Assembly: GCF_009914755.1 (NCBI RefSeq)
Contig: NC_060943.1
DNA length: 64,000 nt
DNA from: the human T2T-CHM13v2.0 reference genome, Homo sapiens
Direction: 5' to 3' (one strand)
In this document: one piece after another, positions 1 through 13,200 of the stretch
Layout: the number at the start of each line of letters is the position of its first letter
How positions within the stretch are numbered: the first letter of the stretch is position 1
Notes under the pieces: model-generated
The model's database searches: none
Seen by the model: the letters and a program-made list of their open reading frames with translations, nothing else
Told to the model about the DNA's origin: nothing
Program-made: the position numbers and the translations under genes

Positions 1-347
1 GAAGAGATTCCATTTACAACGAATTCCTCAAAGAGCTCCAATTATCCACAAGCAGAGTCTACAAAAGCAGTGTTTTGAAACTGCTCTGTCAATAGAAAGG
101 TTCAACTCTGTTAATTGAGCACACACATCCAAAGGAGTTTCTGAGAATCCTTCTGTCTAGTTTTTATTTGAAGATATTGCTTTTTCCACCGTAGGCAACA
201 AAGCGCTCCAAAGGAACTCTTGCGGATTCTACAAAAAGCGTGTTTCCACACTGCTCTATCAAAAGAAAGTTTCAAGTCTGTGAGTTGAATTGCACACATC
301 CCAGTGAACTTTCGGAAAATGCATGGGTCTAGTTTTCATGGGAAGAT

Positions 348-364
348 ACCCGTTTCCAACGAAT
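348..364 (-). promoter_or_regulatory. CENP-B box (intact core); equivalent intact copies at 3082-3098, 5816-5832, 8550-8566
   Basis: acccgtttccaacgaat is the reverse complement of the NTTCGNNNNANNCGGGN core. Confidence 0.9.
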
Positions 365-1543
365 TCTTCAAAGAGTTCCAAGTATCCACAAGCAGATTCT
401 GCAAAAGGAGTGCTTAAATGCTGGTCTATCTAAAGACAGATTCAACTCTGTTAGTTAAATGCACACATCTCAGTGAAGTTCCTGAGAATGCTTCTTTCTA
501 GTTCTTATGTGAATGTATCTCCTTTTCCACCACAGGCTTCAAAGCGCTCCAAATGAGAACTGGCAGATCCTCATAAAAGACGGCCTCAAAACCGCTCTAT
601 CAAAAGAAGGGTTCCACTCCAAGAGGTGAATTCACATATCACGAAGAAGTTTCTGAGAATGCTTCTGTCCAATTTGTATGTGAAGATATTCCCTTTTCCA
701 TCATAGGACTCAAGTCGCTCTAAATATCCAATTTCAGATACTACAAAAAGACTGTTTCAAAACTGCTCTCTCAAAGGGAAGGTTCAAGTCCGTGAGTTGA
801 ATGCACACATCACAAAGCAGTTCCTGAGAATGCTTCTGTCTAGTTTGTTTCTGAAGTTATTTCCTTTTCCATCATAGGCCTCAAATCGCTCCAAATATCC
901 ACTTGCAAATACTACAAAAAGACTGTTTCAAAAGTTCTCTCTCAAAAGGAAGGTTCAACTCTGTGAGTTGAATGCACACATCACAAGGCAGTTTCTGAAA
1001 ATGCTTCCGTCTAGCTTTTTATTTGAAGGTATTTCCTTTTCCTTCTTCGGCCTCAAATCACTGCAAATATCCACTTGCGGATACTACAAGAAGACTGTTT
1101 CAAAACCGCTCTCTCAAAAGGAAGGTTCGACTCCGTGAGTTGAATGCACACGTTACGAAGCAGTTTCTGAGAATGCTTCTGTCTATTTTTCAGGTGAAGA
1201 TATCACTTTTTCCAACATACGTAAAAAAGTACTCGAAATGAACACTTGCAGATTCTAGAAAAAGGATGTTTCAACACTGCTCTATCAAAAGAAAGGTTCA
1301 ACGATGTGAATTGAACACACACATCACAAAGGAGTTTCAGAGAATGCTTCTGTCTAGTGTTTAGGTGACGATATTACCTTTTCCCACATAGGCAACAAAG
1401 CGCTCCAAATGAATACTTGTGGGTTCTACAAGAAGTGTGTTTCAACACTGCTCTATCAAAAGAAAGTTTCCAGTCTGTGAGTTGAATGCACACATCACAA
1501 CGAACTTTCTGAGAATGCTTGGGTCTACTTTTTATGTGAAGAT

Positions 1544-1560
1544 ACCCGTTTCCAACGAAT
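1544..1560 (-). promoter_or_regulatory. CENP-B box (intact core); intact copy at 4278-4294, mutated at 7012-7028 and 9745-9761
   Basis: acccgtttccaacgaat matches all core positions. Confidence 0.9.
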
Positions 1561-2059
1561 AACTCAAAGAGTTCCAAATATACACAGTCAGGTACTGCAA
1601 AAGGAGTGTTTCACTCCTGCTCTGTCAAAAGACAGTTTCAACTCTGTTAGTTGAATGCACACATCTCAATGAAGTTCCTGAGAAGGCTTCTGCCTAGTTT
1701 TTTGTGAAGATATTCCCTTTTCCACCATAGGCTTCACAGCGCTCCAAATGAAAACTTGCAGGTCCTACAAAAAGACTGATTCAAAACTGCTCTCCCAAAA
1801 GGAAGGTTCAACTGTGTGAGTTGAATGCACACATCACAAAGCAGTTCCTGAGAATGCTTCTGTCTAGTTTGTATGTGAAGATATTTCCTTTTCCATCATA
1901 GGCCTCAAATCGCTCCAAATATCCACTTGCAGATACTACAAAAATACCGTTTCAACACTGCTCTCTCCAATGGAAGGTTCAACTCTGTGAGTTGAATGCA
2001 CACATCACAAAGCAGTTTCTGAGAATGCTTCTGTCTAGTCTAGTTAGAATGTGAAGATG

Positions 2060-2076
2060 TCCCGTTTACAACGAAT
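2060..2076 (-). promoter_or_regulatory. CENP-B box (intact core); intact copy at 4794-4810, mutated at 7528-7544
   Basis: tcccgtttacaacgaat matches NCCCGNNTNNNNCGAAN. Confidence 0.85.
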
Positions 2077-5000
2077 TCCTCCGAGAGCTCTAAATATCTG
2101 GAAGCAGATTCCACAAAAGCAGTGCTTCAAACCTGCTCTATCAAAGGAAAGGTTCAGCTCGGGGAATTGAACACAAACATCACAAAGGAGTTTCTGAGAA
2201 TGCTTCTGTCTAGTGTTTCTATGAAGATAATTCTTTTTCTACCATAGGCAACAATACGCTGCAAATGAACACTTGCAGATTTCACAGAAACTGTGTTTTA
2301 ACACTGCTCTATCAAAACAAAGGTCCAAGTCTGTGAGTTGACTGCACACATCACAAAGCAGTTTCGGAGAATGATTCTGTCTAGCTTTTTATGTAACGAT
2401 ATTTTCTTTGCACCAGAGGCAACAAAGCACACGGAATGAAATCTTGCGGATTCTACAAAAAGTGTGTTTCAACACCGCTCTATCCAAAGAAAGGTTCGAG
2501 TCCGTGAGTTGAACGCACACAACAGAAAGCAGTTTCTGAGGATGCTTCTGTCTGGTTTGTATGTGAAGTCATTTCCTTTTCCATCTAAATCGCCTCAAAT
2601 CGCTAAAAGATCCACTCGCAGATACTACAAAAAGACTTTCAAAACTGCTCTCTCAAAAGGAAGGTTCAACTGTGTGAGTTGAATGCGCACATCACATAGC
2701 AGTTTTTGAGAACGCTTCTGTCTAGTTTGCATGTGAAGAGATTCCATTTACAACGAATTCCTCAAAGAGCTCCAATTATCCACAAGCAGAGTCTACAAAA
2801 GCAGTGTTTTGAAACTGCTCTGTCAATAGAAAGGTTCAACTCTGTTAATTGAGCACACACATCCAAAGGAGTTTCTGAGAATCCTTCTGTCTAGTTTTTA
2901 TTTGAAGATATTGCTTTTTCCACCGTAGGCAACAAAGCGCTCCAAAGGAACTCTTGCGGATTCTACAAAAAGCGTGTTTCCACACTGCTCTATCAAAAGA
3001 AAGTTTCAAGTCTGTGAGTTGAATTGCACACATCCCAGTGAACTTTCGGAAAATGCATGGGTCTAGTTTTCATGGGAAGATACCCGTTTCCAACGAATTC
3101 TTCAAAGAGTTCCAAGTATCCACAAGCAGATTCTGCAAAAGGAGTGCTTAAATGCTGGTCTATCTAAAGACAGATTCAACTCTGTTAGTTAAATGCACAC
3201 ATCTCAGTGAAGTTCCTGAGAATGCTTCTTTCTAGTTCTTATGTGAATGTATCTCCTTTTCCACCACAGGCTTCAAAGCGCTCCAAATGAGAACTGGCAG
3301 ATCCTCATAAAAGACGGCCTCAAAACCGCTCTATCAAAAGAAGGGTTCCACTCCAAGAGGTGAATTCACATATCACGAAGAAGTTTCTGAGAATGCTTCT
3401 GTCCAATTTGTATGTGAAGATATTCCCTTTTCCATCATAGGACTCAAGTCGCTCTAAATATCCAATTTCAGATACTACAAAAAGACTGTTTCAAAACTGC
3501 TCTCTCAAAGGGAAGGTTCAAGTCCGTGAGTTGAATGCACACATCACAAAGCAGTTCCTGAGAATGCTTCTGTCTAGTTTGTTTCTGAAGTTATTTCCTT
3601 TTCCATCATAGGCCTCAAATCGCTCCAAATATCCACTTGCAAATACTACAAAAAGACTGTTTCAAAAGTTCTCTCTCAAAAGGAAGGTTCAACTCTGTGA
3701 GTTGAATGCACACATCACAAGGCAGTTTCTGAAAATGCTTCCGTCTAGCTTTTTATTTGAAGGTATTTCCTTTTCCTTCTTCGGCCTCAAATCACTGCAA
3801 ATATCCACTTGCGGATACTACAAGAAGACTGTTTCAAAACCGCTCTCTCAAAAGGAAGGTTCGACTCCGTGAGTTGAACGCACACGTTACGAAGCAGTTT
3901 CTGAGAATGCTTCTGTCTATTTTTCAGGTGAAGATATCACTTTTTCCAACATACGTAAAAAAGTACTCGAAATGAACACTTGCAGATTCTAGAAAAAGGA
4001 TGTTTCAACACTGCTCTATCAAAAGAAAGGTTCAACGATGTGAATTGAACACACACATCACAAAGGAGTTTCAGAGAATGCTTCTGTCTAGTGTTTAGGT
4101 GACGATATTACCTTTTCCCACATAGGCAACAAAGCGCTCCAAATGAATACTTGTGGGTTCTACAAGAAGTGTGTTTCAACACTGCTCTATCAAAAGAAAG
4201 TTTCCAGTCTGTGAGTTGAATGCACACATCACAACGAACTTTCTGAGAATGCTTGGGTCTACTTTTTATGTGAAGATACCCGTTTCCAACGAATAACTCA
4301 AAGAGTTCCAAATATACACAGTCAGGTACTGCAAAAGGAGTGTTTCACTCCTGCTCTGTCAAAAGACAGTTTCAACTCTGTTAGTTGAATGCACACATCT
4401 CAATGAAGTTCCTGAGAAGGCTTCTGCCTAGTTTTTTGTGAAGATATTCCCTTTTCCACCATAGGCTTCACAGCGCTCCAAATGAAAACTTGCAGGTCCT
4501 ACAAAAAGACTGATTCAAAACTGCTCTCCCAAAAGGAAGGTTCAACTGTGTGAGTTGAATGCACACATCACAAAGCAGTTCCTGAGAATGCTTCTGTCTA
4601 GTTTGTATGTGAAGATATTTCCTTTTCCATCATAGGCCTCAAATCGCTCCAAATATCCACTTGCAGATACTACAAAAATACCGTTTCAACACTGCTCTCT
4701 CCAATGGAAGGTTCAACTCTGTGAGTTGAATGCACACATCACAAAGCAGTTTCTGAGAATGCTTCTGTCTAGTCTAGTTAGAATGTGAAGATGTCCCGTT
4801 TACAACGAATTCCTCCGAGAGCTCTAAATATCTGGAAGCAGATTCCACAAAAGCAGTGCTTCAAACCTGCTCTATCAAAGGAAAGGTTCAGCTCGGGGAA
4901 TTGAACACAAACATCACAAAGGAGTTTCTGAGAATGCTTCTGTCTAGTGTTTCTATGAAGATAATTCTTTTTCTACCATAGGCAACAATACGCTGCAAAT

Positions 5001-8000
5001 GAACACTTGCAGATTTCACAGAAACTGTGTTTTAACACTGCACTATCAAAACAAAGGTCCAAGTCTGTGAGTTGACTGCACACATCACAAAGCAGTTTCG
5101 GAGAATGATTCTGTCTAGCTTTTTATGTAACGATATTTTCTTTGCACCAGAGGCAACAAAGCACACGGAATGAAATCTTGCGGATTCTACAAAAAGTGTG
5201 TTTCAACACTGCTCTATCCAAAGAAAGGTTCGAGTCCGTGAGTTGAACGCACACAACAGAAAGCAGTTTCTGAGGATGCTTCTGTCTGGTTTGTATGTGA
5301 AGTCATTTCCTTTTCCATCTAAATCGCCTCAAATCGCTAAAAGATCCACTCGCAGATACTACAAAAAGACTTTCAAAACTGCTCTCTCAAAAGGAAGGTT
5401 CAACTGTGTGAGTTGAATGCGCACATCACATAGCAGTTTTTGAGAACGCTTCTGTCTAGTTTGCATGTGAAGAGATTCCATTTACAACGAATTCCTCAAA
5501 GAGCTCCAATTATCCACAAGCAGAGTCTACAAAAGCAGTGTTTTGAAACTGCTCTGTCAATAGAAAGGTTCAACTCTGTTAATTGAGCACACACATCCAA
5601 AGGAGTTTCTGAGAATCCTTCTGTCTAGTTTTTATTTGAAGATATTGCTTTTTCCACCGTAGGCAACAAAGCGCTCCAAAGGAACTCTTGCGGATTCTAC
5701 AAAAAGCTTGTTTCCACACTGCTCTATCAAAAGAAAGTTTCAAGTCTGTGAGTTGAATTGCACACATCCCAGTGAACTTTCGGAAAATGCATGGGTCTAC
5801 TTTTCATGTGAAGATGCCCGTTTCCAACGAATTCTTCAAAGAGTTCCAAGTATCCACAAGCAGATTCTACAAAAGGAGTGCTTAAATGCTGGTCTATCTA
5901 AAGACAGATTCAACTCTGTTAGTTAAATGCACACATCTCAGTGAAGTTCCTGAGAATGCTTCTTTCTAGTTCTTATGTGAATGTATCTACTTTTCCACCA
6001 TAGGCTTCACAGCGCTCCAAATGAGAACTGGCAGATCCTCATAAAAGACGGCCTCAAAACCGCTCTATCAAAACAAGGGTTCCACTCCAAGAGGTGAATT
6101 CACATATCACGAAGAAGTTTCTGAGAATGCTTCTGTCCAATTTTTATGTGAAGATATTCCCTTTTCCATCATAGGACTCAAGTCGCTCTAAATATCCAAT
6201 TTCAGATACTACAAAAAGACTGTTTCAAAACTGCTCTCTCAAAGGGAAAGTTCAAGTCCGTGAGTTGAATGCACACATCACAAAGCAGTTCCTGAGAATG
6301 CTTCTGTCTAGTTTGTATCTGAAGTTATTTCCTTTTCCATCATAGGCCTCAAATCGCTCCACATATCCACTTGCAAATACTACAAAAAGACTGTTTCAAA
6401 AGTTCTCTCTCAAAAGGAAGGTTCAACTCTGTGAGTTGAATGCACACATCACAAGGCAGTTTCTGAAAACGCTTCCGTCTAGTTTTTTATTTGAAGGTAT
6501 TTCCTTTTCCTTCTTCAGCCTCAAATCACTGCAAATATCCACTTGCAGATACTACAAAAAGACTGTTTCAAAACCGCTCTCTCAAAAGGAAGGTTCGACT
6601 CTGTGAGTTGAACGCACACGTTACGAAGCAGTTTCTGAGAATGCTTCTGTCTATTTTTCAGGTGAAGATATCACTTTTTCCAACATACGTAAAAAAGTAC
6701 TCGAAATGAACACTTGCAGATTCTACAAAAAGGATGTCTCAACACTGCTCTATCAAAAGAAAGGTTCAACGATGTGAATTGAACACACACATCACAAAGG
6801 ATTTTCAGAGAATGCTTCTGTCTAGTGTTTAAGTGACGATATTACCTTTTCCCACATAGGCAACAAAGCGCTCCAAATGAATACTTGTGGGTTCTACAAA
6901 AAGTGTGTTTCAACACTGCTCTATCGAAAGAAAGTTTCAAGTCTGTGAGTTGAATGCACACATCACAACGAACTTTCTGAGAATGCTTGGGTCTACTTTT
7001 TATGTTAAGGTACCTGTTTCCAACGAATAACTCAAGGAGTTCCAAGTATACACAGTCAGATACTGCAAAAGGAGTGTTTCATTCCTGCTCTCTCAAAAGA
7101 CAGTTTCAACTCTGTTAGTTGAATGCACACATCTCAGTGAAGTTCCTGAGAAGGCTTCTGCCTAGTTTTTTGTGAAGATATTCCCTTTTCCACCATAGGC
7201 TTCACAGCACTCCAAATGAAATTTTGCAGGTCCTACAAAAAGACTGATTCAAATCTGCTGTCTCAAAAGGAAGGTTCAACTGTGTGAGTTGAATGCACAC
7301 ATCACAAAGCAGTTCCTGAGAATGCTTCTGTCTAGTTTGTATGTGAAGATATTTCCTTTTCCATCATAGGCCTCAAATCGCTCCAAATATCCACTTGCAG
7401 ATACTACAAAAATACCGTTTCAACACTGCTCTCTCCAATGGAAGGTTCAACTCTGTGAGTTGAATGCACATATCACAAAGCAGTTTCTGAGAATGCTTCT
7501 GTCTAGTCTAGTTAGAATGTGAAGATATCCCGTTTACAACAAATTCCTCCGAGAGCTCTAAATATCTGGAAGCAGATTCTACAAAAGCAATGCTTCAAAC
7601 CTGCTCTGTCAAAGGAAAGGTTCAGCTCGGGGAATTGAACACAAACATCAGAAAGGAGTTTCTGAGAATGCTTCTGTCTAGTGTTTCTATGAAGATAATT
7701 CTTTTTCTACCATAGGCAACAATACGCTGCAAATGAACACTTGCAGATTTCACAAAAACTGTGTTTTAACACTGCACTATCAAAACAAAGGTCCAAGTCT
7801 GTGAGTTGACTGCACGCGTCACAAAGCAGTTTCGGAGAATGATTCTGTCTAGCTTTTTATGTAACGATATTTTCTTTGCACCAGAGGCAACAAAGCACAC
7901 GGAATGAGATCTTGCGGATTCTACAAAAATTGTGTTTCAACACTGCTCTATCCAAAGAAAGGTTCGAGTCCGTGAGTTGAACTCACACAACAGAAAGCAG

Positions 8001-10240
8001 CTTCTGAGGATGCTTCTGTCTGGTTTGTATGTTAAGTCATTTCCTTTTCCATCTAAATCGCCTCAAATCGCTAAAAGTTCCACTCGCAGGTACTACAAAA
8101 GGACTTTCAAAACTGCTCTCTCAAAAGGAAGGTTCAACTGTGTGAGTTGAATGCACACATCACATAGCAGTTTTTGAGAATGCTTCTGTCTAGTTTGTAT
8201 GTGAAGAGATTCCATTTACAACGAATTCCTCAGAGAGCTCCAAATATCCACAAGTAGATTCTACAAAAGCAGTGTTTTGAAACTGCTCTATCAATAGAAA
8301 GGTTCAACTCTGTTAATTGATCACACACATCCTAAGGAGTTTCTGAGAATCCTTCTGTCTAGTTTTTATTTGAAGATATTTCTTCTTCCACCATAGGCAA
8401 CAAAGCGCTCCAAAGGAACTCTTGCGGATTCTACAAAAAGCGTGTTTCCACACTGCTCTATCAAAAGAAAGTTTCAAGTCTGTGAGTTGAATTGCACACA
8501 TCCCAGTGAACTTTCGGAAAATGCATGGGTCTACTTTTCATGTGAAGATACCCGTTTCCAACGAATTCTTCAAAGAGTTCCAAGTATCCACAAGCAGATT
8601 CTACAAAAGGAGTGCTTAAATGCTGGTCTATCTAAAGACAGATTCAACTCTGTTAGTTAAATGCACACATCTCAGTGAAGTTCCTGAGAATGCTTCTTTC
8701 TAGTTTTTATGTGAATATATCTCCTTTTCCACCATAGGCTTTAAAGCGCTCCAAATGAGAACTGTCAGATCCTCATAAAAGACGGCCTCAAAACCGCTCT
8801 ATCAAAAGAAGGGTTCCACTCCAAGAGGTGAATTCGCATATCACGAAGAAGTTTCTGAGAATGCTTCTGTCCAGTTTTTATGTGAGGATATTCCCTTTTG
8901 CATCATAGGCCTCAAGTCGCTCTAAATATCCAATTTCCGATACTACAAAAAGACTGTTTCAAAACTGCTCTCTCAAAGGGAAGGTTCAAGTCCGTGAGTT
9001 GAATGCACACATCACAAAGCAGTTCCTGAGAATGCTTCTGTCTAGTTTGTATCTGAAGTTATTTCCTTTTCCATCATAGGCCTCAAATCGCTCCAAATAT
9101 CCACTTGCAAATACTACAAAAAGACTGTTTCAAAAGTTCTCTCTCAAAAGGAGGTTCAATTCTGTGAGTTGAATGCACACATCACAAGGTAGTTTCTGAA
9201 AACGCTTCCGTCTCGTTTTTTATTTGAAGGTATTTCCTTTTCCTTCTTCGGCCTCAAATCACTGCAAATATCCACTTGCAGATACTACAAAAAGACTGTT
9301 TCAAAACCGCTCTCTCAAAAGGAAGGTTCGACTCTGTGAGTTGAATGCACACGTTACGAAGCAGTTTCTGAGAATGCTTCTTTCTATTTTTCAGGTGAAT
9401 ATATCACTTTTTCCAACATACGTAAAAAAGTACTCGAAATGAACACTTGCAGATTCTACAAAAAGGATGTTTCAACACTGCTCTATCAAAAGAAAGGTTC
9501 AACGATGTGAATTGAACACACACTTCACAAAGGAGTTTCAGAGAATGCTTCTGTCTAGTGTTTAGGTGACGATATTACCTTTTCCCACATAGGCAACAAA
9601 GCGCTCCAAATGAATACTTGTGGGTTCTACAAAGAGTGTGTTTCAACACTGCTCTATCAAAAGAAAGTTTCCAGTCTGTGAGTTGAATGCACACATCACA
9701 ACGAACTTTCTGAGAATGCTTGGGTCTACTTTTTATGTGAAGATACCCGTTTCCAATGAATAACACAAAGAGTTCCAAATATACACAGTCAGGTACTGCA
9801 AAAGGAGTGTTTCACTCCTACTCTGTCAAAAGACAGTTTCAACTCTGTTAGTTGAATGCACACATCTCAGTGTAGTTCCTGAGAAGGCTTCTGCCTAGTT
9901 TTTTGTGAAGATATTCCCTTTTCCACCATAGGCTTCACAGCGCTCCAAATGAAAACTTGCAGGTCCTACAAAAAGACTGATTCAAAACTGCTCTCCCAAA
10001 AGGAAGGTTCAACTGTGTGAGTTGAATGCACACATCACAAAGCAGTTCCTGAGAATCCTTCTGTCTAGTTTGTATGTGAAGATATTTCCTTTTCCATCAT
10101 AGGCCTCAAATCGCTCCAAATATCCACTTGCAGATACTACAAAAATACCGTTTCAACACTGCTCTCTCCAATGGAAGGTTCAACTCTGTGAGTTGAGTGC
10201 ACACATCACAATGCAGTTTCTGAGAATACTTCTGTCTAGT

Positions 10241-13200
10241 TTGTACGTGAAGGTATTTCCTTTTCCATCTTAGGCCCCAAATCACTACAAATATCCACTT
10301 GCAGATACTACAAAAAGTCTGTTTCAAAACCTCTCTCTCAAAAGGAAAGTTCAAATCTGTGAGTTGAATGCACACATCACAAAGCAGTTCCTGAGACTGC
10401 TTCTGTCTAGTTTGTATGTGAAGATATTTCCTTTTCCATCATAGGCCTCAAATCGCTCCAAATATCCACTTGCCCATTCTACAAATGAGTGTTTCAAAAC
10501 TGCTCAATCAAACGAAAGGAACCACTATGTGAGATGAATACACACATCACAATGTAGTTCCTGAGAATGTTTCTATCTACTTTGTATGTGAAGTTATTTC
10601 CTTTTCCTCCATAGGTTTCAAAGCGCTTCAAATTTCCATTTGCAGACACTATAAAAAGGTTATTTCCAAATTGCTCAATGAAAGGTAAGGTTCAAATATT
10701 TGAGATGAATGCACACATCACAAGGAATTTTCTCAGAATGCTTCTGGCTTGTTTTTATGTGAAGATTGTTCCTTTTCCACCATAGGCCTCAATGAGCTCC
10801 AAAGAGCCATTTGTGGATAATACAAAAAGAATATCTCCGAACTGCTCCATCAAAGGAAATGTTCAACTGTGTGATATGAGTGCACTCATAAGAAAGAAGT
10901 TTCTCAGAATGCTTCTGTGTAGTTTTTATGTGAAGATATTTCCTTTTCCACTATAGGCCTCAAAGCGCTCCAAATATCCATTTGCAGATACTGCAAAAGA
11001 CTGTGTCCAAACTGCTCAATCAAAAGAATGGTTCAACTCTGACAGATGAAAGCTCATATCACCAAGAATTTTTCAGAATGCTTCTGTCTAATTTTTGTGT
11101 GAAGATATTTTCTTTTGCACCATAGGACTCAAACACTCCAAATATACGTTTGCAGATACTGCAGAAAGACTGTTTCAAAACTGCGCAATCAAAAGTAATG
11201 TTCAACACTGTGAGATTATTGCACACATCACTAAGTAGTTTCTGAGAATGCTTCTGTCTTGTTTTTATGTGAAGATATTTCCTTTTCCACAATAGGCCTC
11301 AAAGTCCTCCATATATCCACTGCAGATTCTACAAAAAGAGTGTTTCCAAACTGCTCAATCAAAGGAAAGATTCCACCCCGTGAGATGAATGCACACATCA
11401 CAACGTAGTTTTTCAGAATACTTCTGTCTAGTTTTATGTTAAGATATTTCCTTTTCCACCGTATGCCCAAAGGGCTCCAAATATCCACTTGCAGATACTA
11501 CAAAAAGACTGTTACCAAACTGCTTAGTAAAAAGAAATATTCAACTCTGTGAGATAAATGCACACATCACAAAGAAGTATCTCAGAATACTTCTGTCTAG
11601 TTTTTATGTGAAGATATTTCCTTCTCCTCCATAGGCCTCAAAGTGCTCCAAATAACCATTTGCAGATAGTACAAAAAGACTCTTTCCAAACTGCTCAATC
11701 AAAAGAAAGGTTCCACTCTTTGAGATGAATGCACACATCAAAAAGCAGTTTCTCAGAGTGCTTCTGTCTAGTTTGTATGGGAATATAGTTTCTTTTCCAC
11801 CATAGACCTCAAACACTCCAAATATCCACTTGCAGGTTCTACAAAAAGCGTGTTTCCAAACTGCTCAATCAAAAGAAATGTTCAACTCTGTGAGATGAAT
11901 TCACAAATTCAGAAAGAAGTTTCTCAGAATGTTTCTGTTTAGTTTTTATGTGTTCGTAATTCCTTTTTCACCATAGGCCACAATGTGCTCCAAATATCCA
12001 TTTGCACAAACTTCAAAAAGACTGTTTCCAAACTTCTCAATCAAAAGAAAGGTTCCACTCTTTGAGATGAATGCACACATCAAAAAGCAGTTTCTCAGAG
12101 TGCTTCTGTCTAGTTTGTATGGGAATATAGTTTCTTTTCCACCATAGACCTCAAACACTCCAAATATCCACTTGCAGGTTCTACAAAAAGTGTGTTTCCA
12201 AACTGCTCAATCAAAAGAAAAGTTCAACTCTGTGAGATGAATTCACAAATTCAGAAAGAAGTTTCTCAGAATGTTTCTGTTTAGTTTTTATGTGTTCGTA
12301 ATTCCTTTTTCACCATAGGCCACAATGTGCTCCAAATATCCATTTGCACAAACTTCAAAAAGACTGTTTCCAAACTTTTCAATCAAAAGAAAGGTTCACC
12401 TCTGTGAGATGAAGGCACACATCACAAAGAAGTTTCTCAGAAAACTTCTGTCTCGTTTTTCTGTGAAGTTATTTCCTTTTCCACCCTAGGCCTCAAAGTG
12501 CTGCAAATATCCACTTGCAGATTCTACAAAACCTGTGTTTCAAAACTGCTGAATCAAAAGAAATTTTCAACTCTGAGATGAAAGCAGACAACACAAAGTG
12601 TTTCTCAGAAAGTTTCTGTCTCTTTTTTCTGTGAAGATAATTCTTATTTCCCAGAGGCATCAAAGGGCTCACAAATATCCCTTTCCAGATTCTGCAAAAC
12701 GACTGTTTCCAAACTGCTCAATCAAAAGAAATGTTCAACTCTGTGAGATAAATGCACACATAACAAAGAAGTTTCTCAGAATGCTTCTGTCAAGTTTGTA
12801 TGAGAAAATATAACTCTTTTCACCACAGAACTCAATGCGCTCATAATATCCATTTGCACATACTACAAAAAGATTGTTTCTAACATGCTCAATGAAAACA
12901 AAGGGTCAACACCCTGAGATGAATGCACACATCACAAAGAAGTTCCTGAGAATGCTTCTGTCTAGTTTTTATGTGAAGATATTTCCTTTTCCCCCATAGG
13001 CCTCAAAGCACTCCAAATATCCACTTGCAGATTCTTAAAAAAGAGTGTTTCCAAACTATTCAATCAAAAGAAAGATTCAACTCTGTGAGATGACTGCACA
13101 CATCACAAAGAAGTTTCTCAGAATGTTTCTCTCTAGTTTTTATGTGAAGATATTTCCTTTTCCACCATAGTCCTCAAATCGCTCAAAATATCAACTTGCA

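Larger units (their letters stand above)
1..10240 (-). repeat. Alpha-satellite higher-order repeat array edge, 16-mer, 2734 bp period (~3.75 copies); irregular A/B monomer order, SF5(R1/R2)-like
   Basis: ~171 bp monomers. Near-identical sequence recurs every 2734 bp (e.g. ORF artefacts at 111/2845/5579/8313). B-type boxes are spaced 2,7,3,4 monomers apart, totalling 16. The 4th copy departs from the HOR at ~10240. Strand is given relative to the CATTCTCAGAAACTT.../CENP-B-box orientation. The SF5 assignment is inference. Confidence 0.95.

Noticed and set aside
8-24. Fourth B-type box per HOR (ttccatttacaacgaat)
   Set aside because: Lacks the CCCG core in all copies, so it is not a functional CENP-B box.
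1-10240. Regular repeats suggesting a CRISPR-like array or repeat-protein locus
   Set aside because: Contiguous tandem monomers with no unique spacers or cas genes; the context is primate satellite.
1-10240. Identification as D17Z1 because of the 2.7 kb 16-mer period
   Set aside because: D17Z1 is pentamer-based and CENP-B-box rich, whereas this unit has only 3 intact boxes in irregular spacing. A specific chromosome/array name cannot be assigned without a search.
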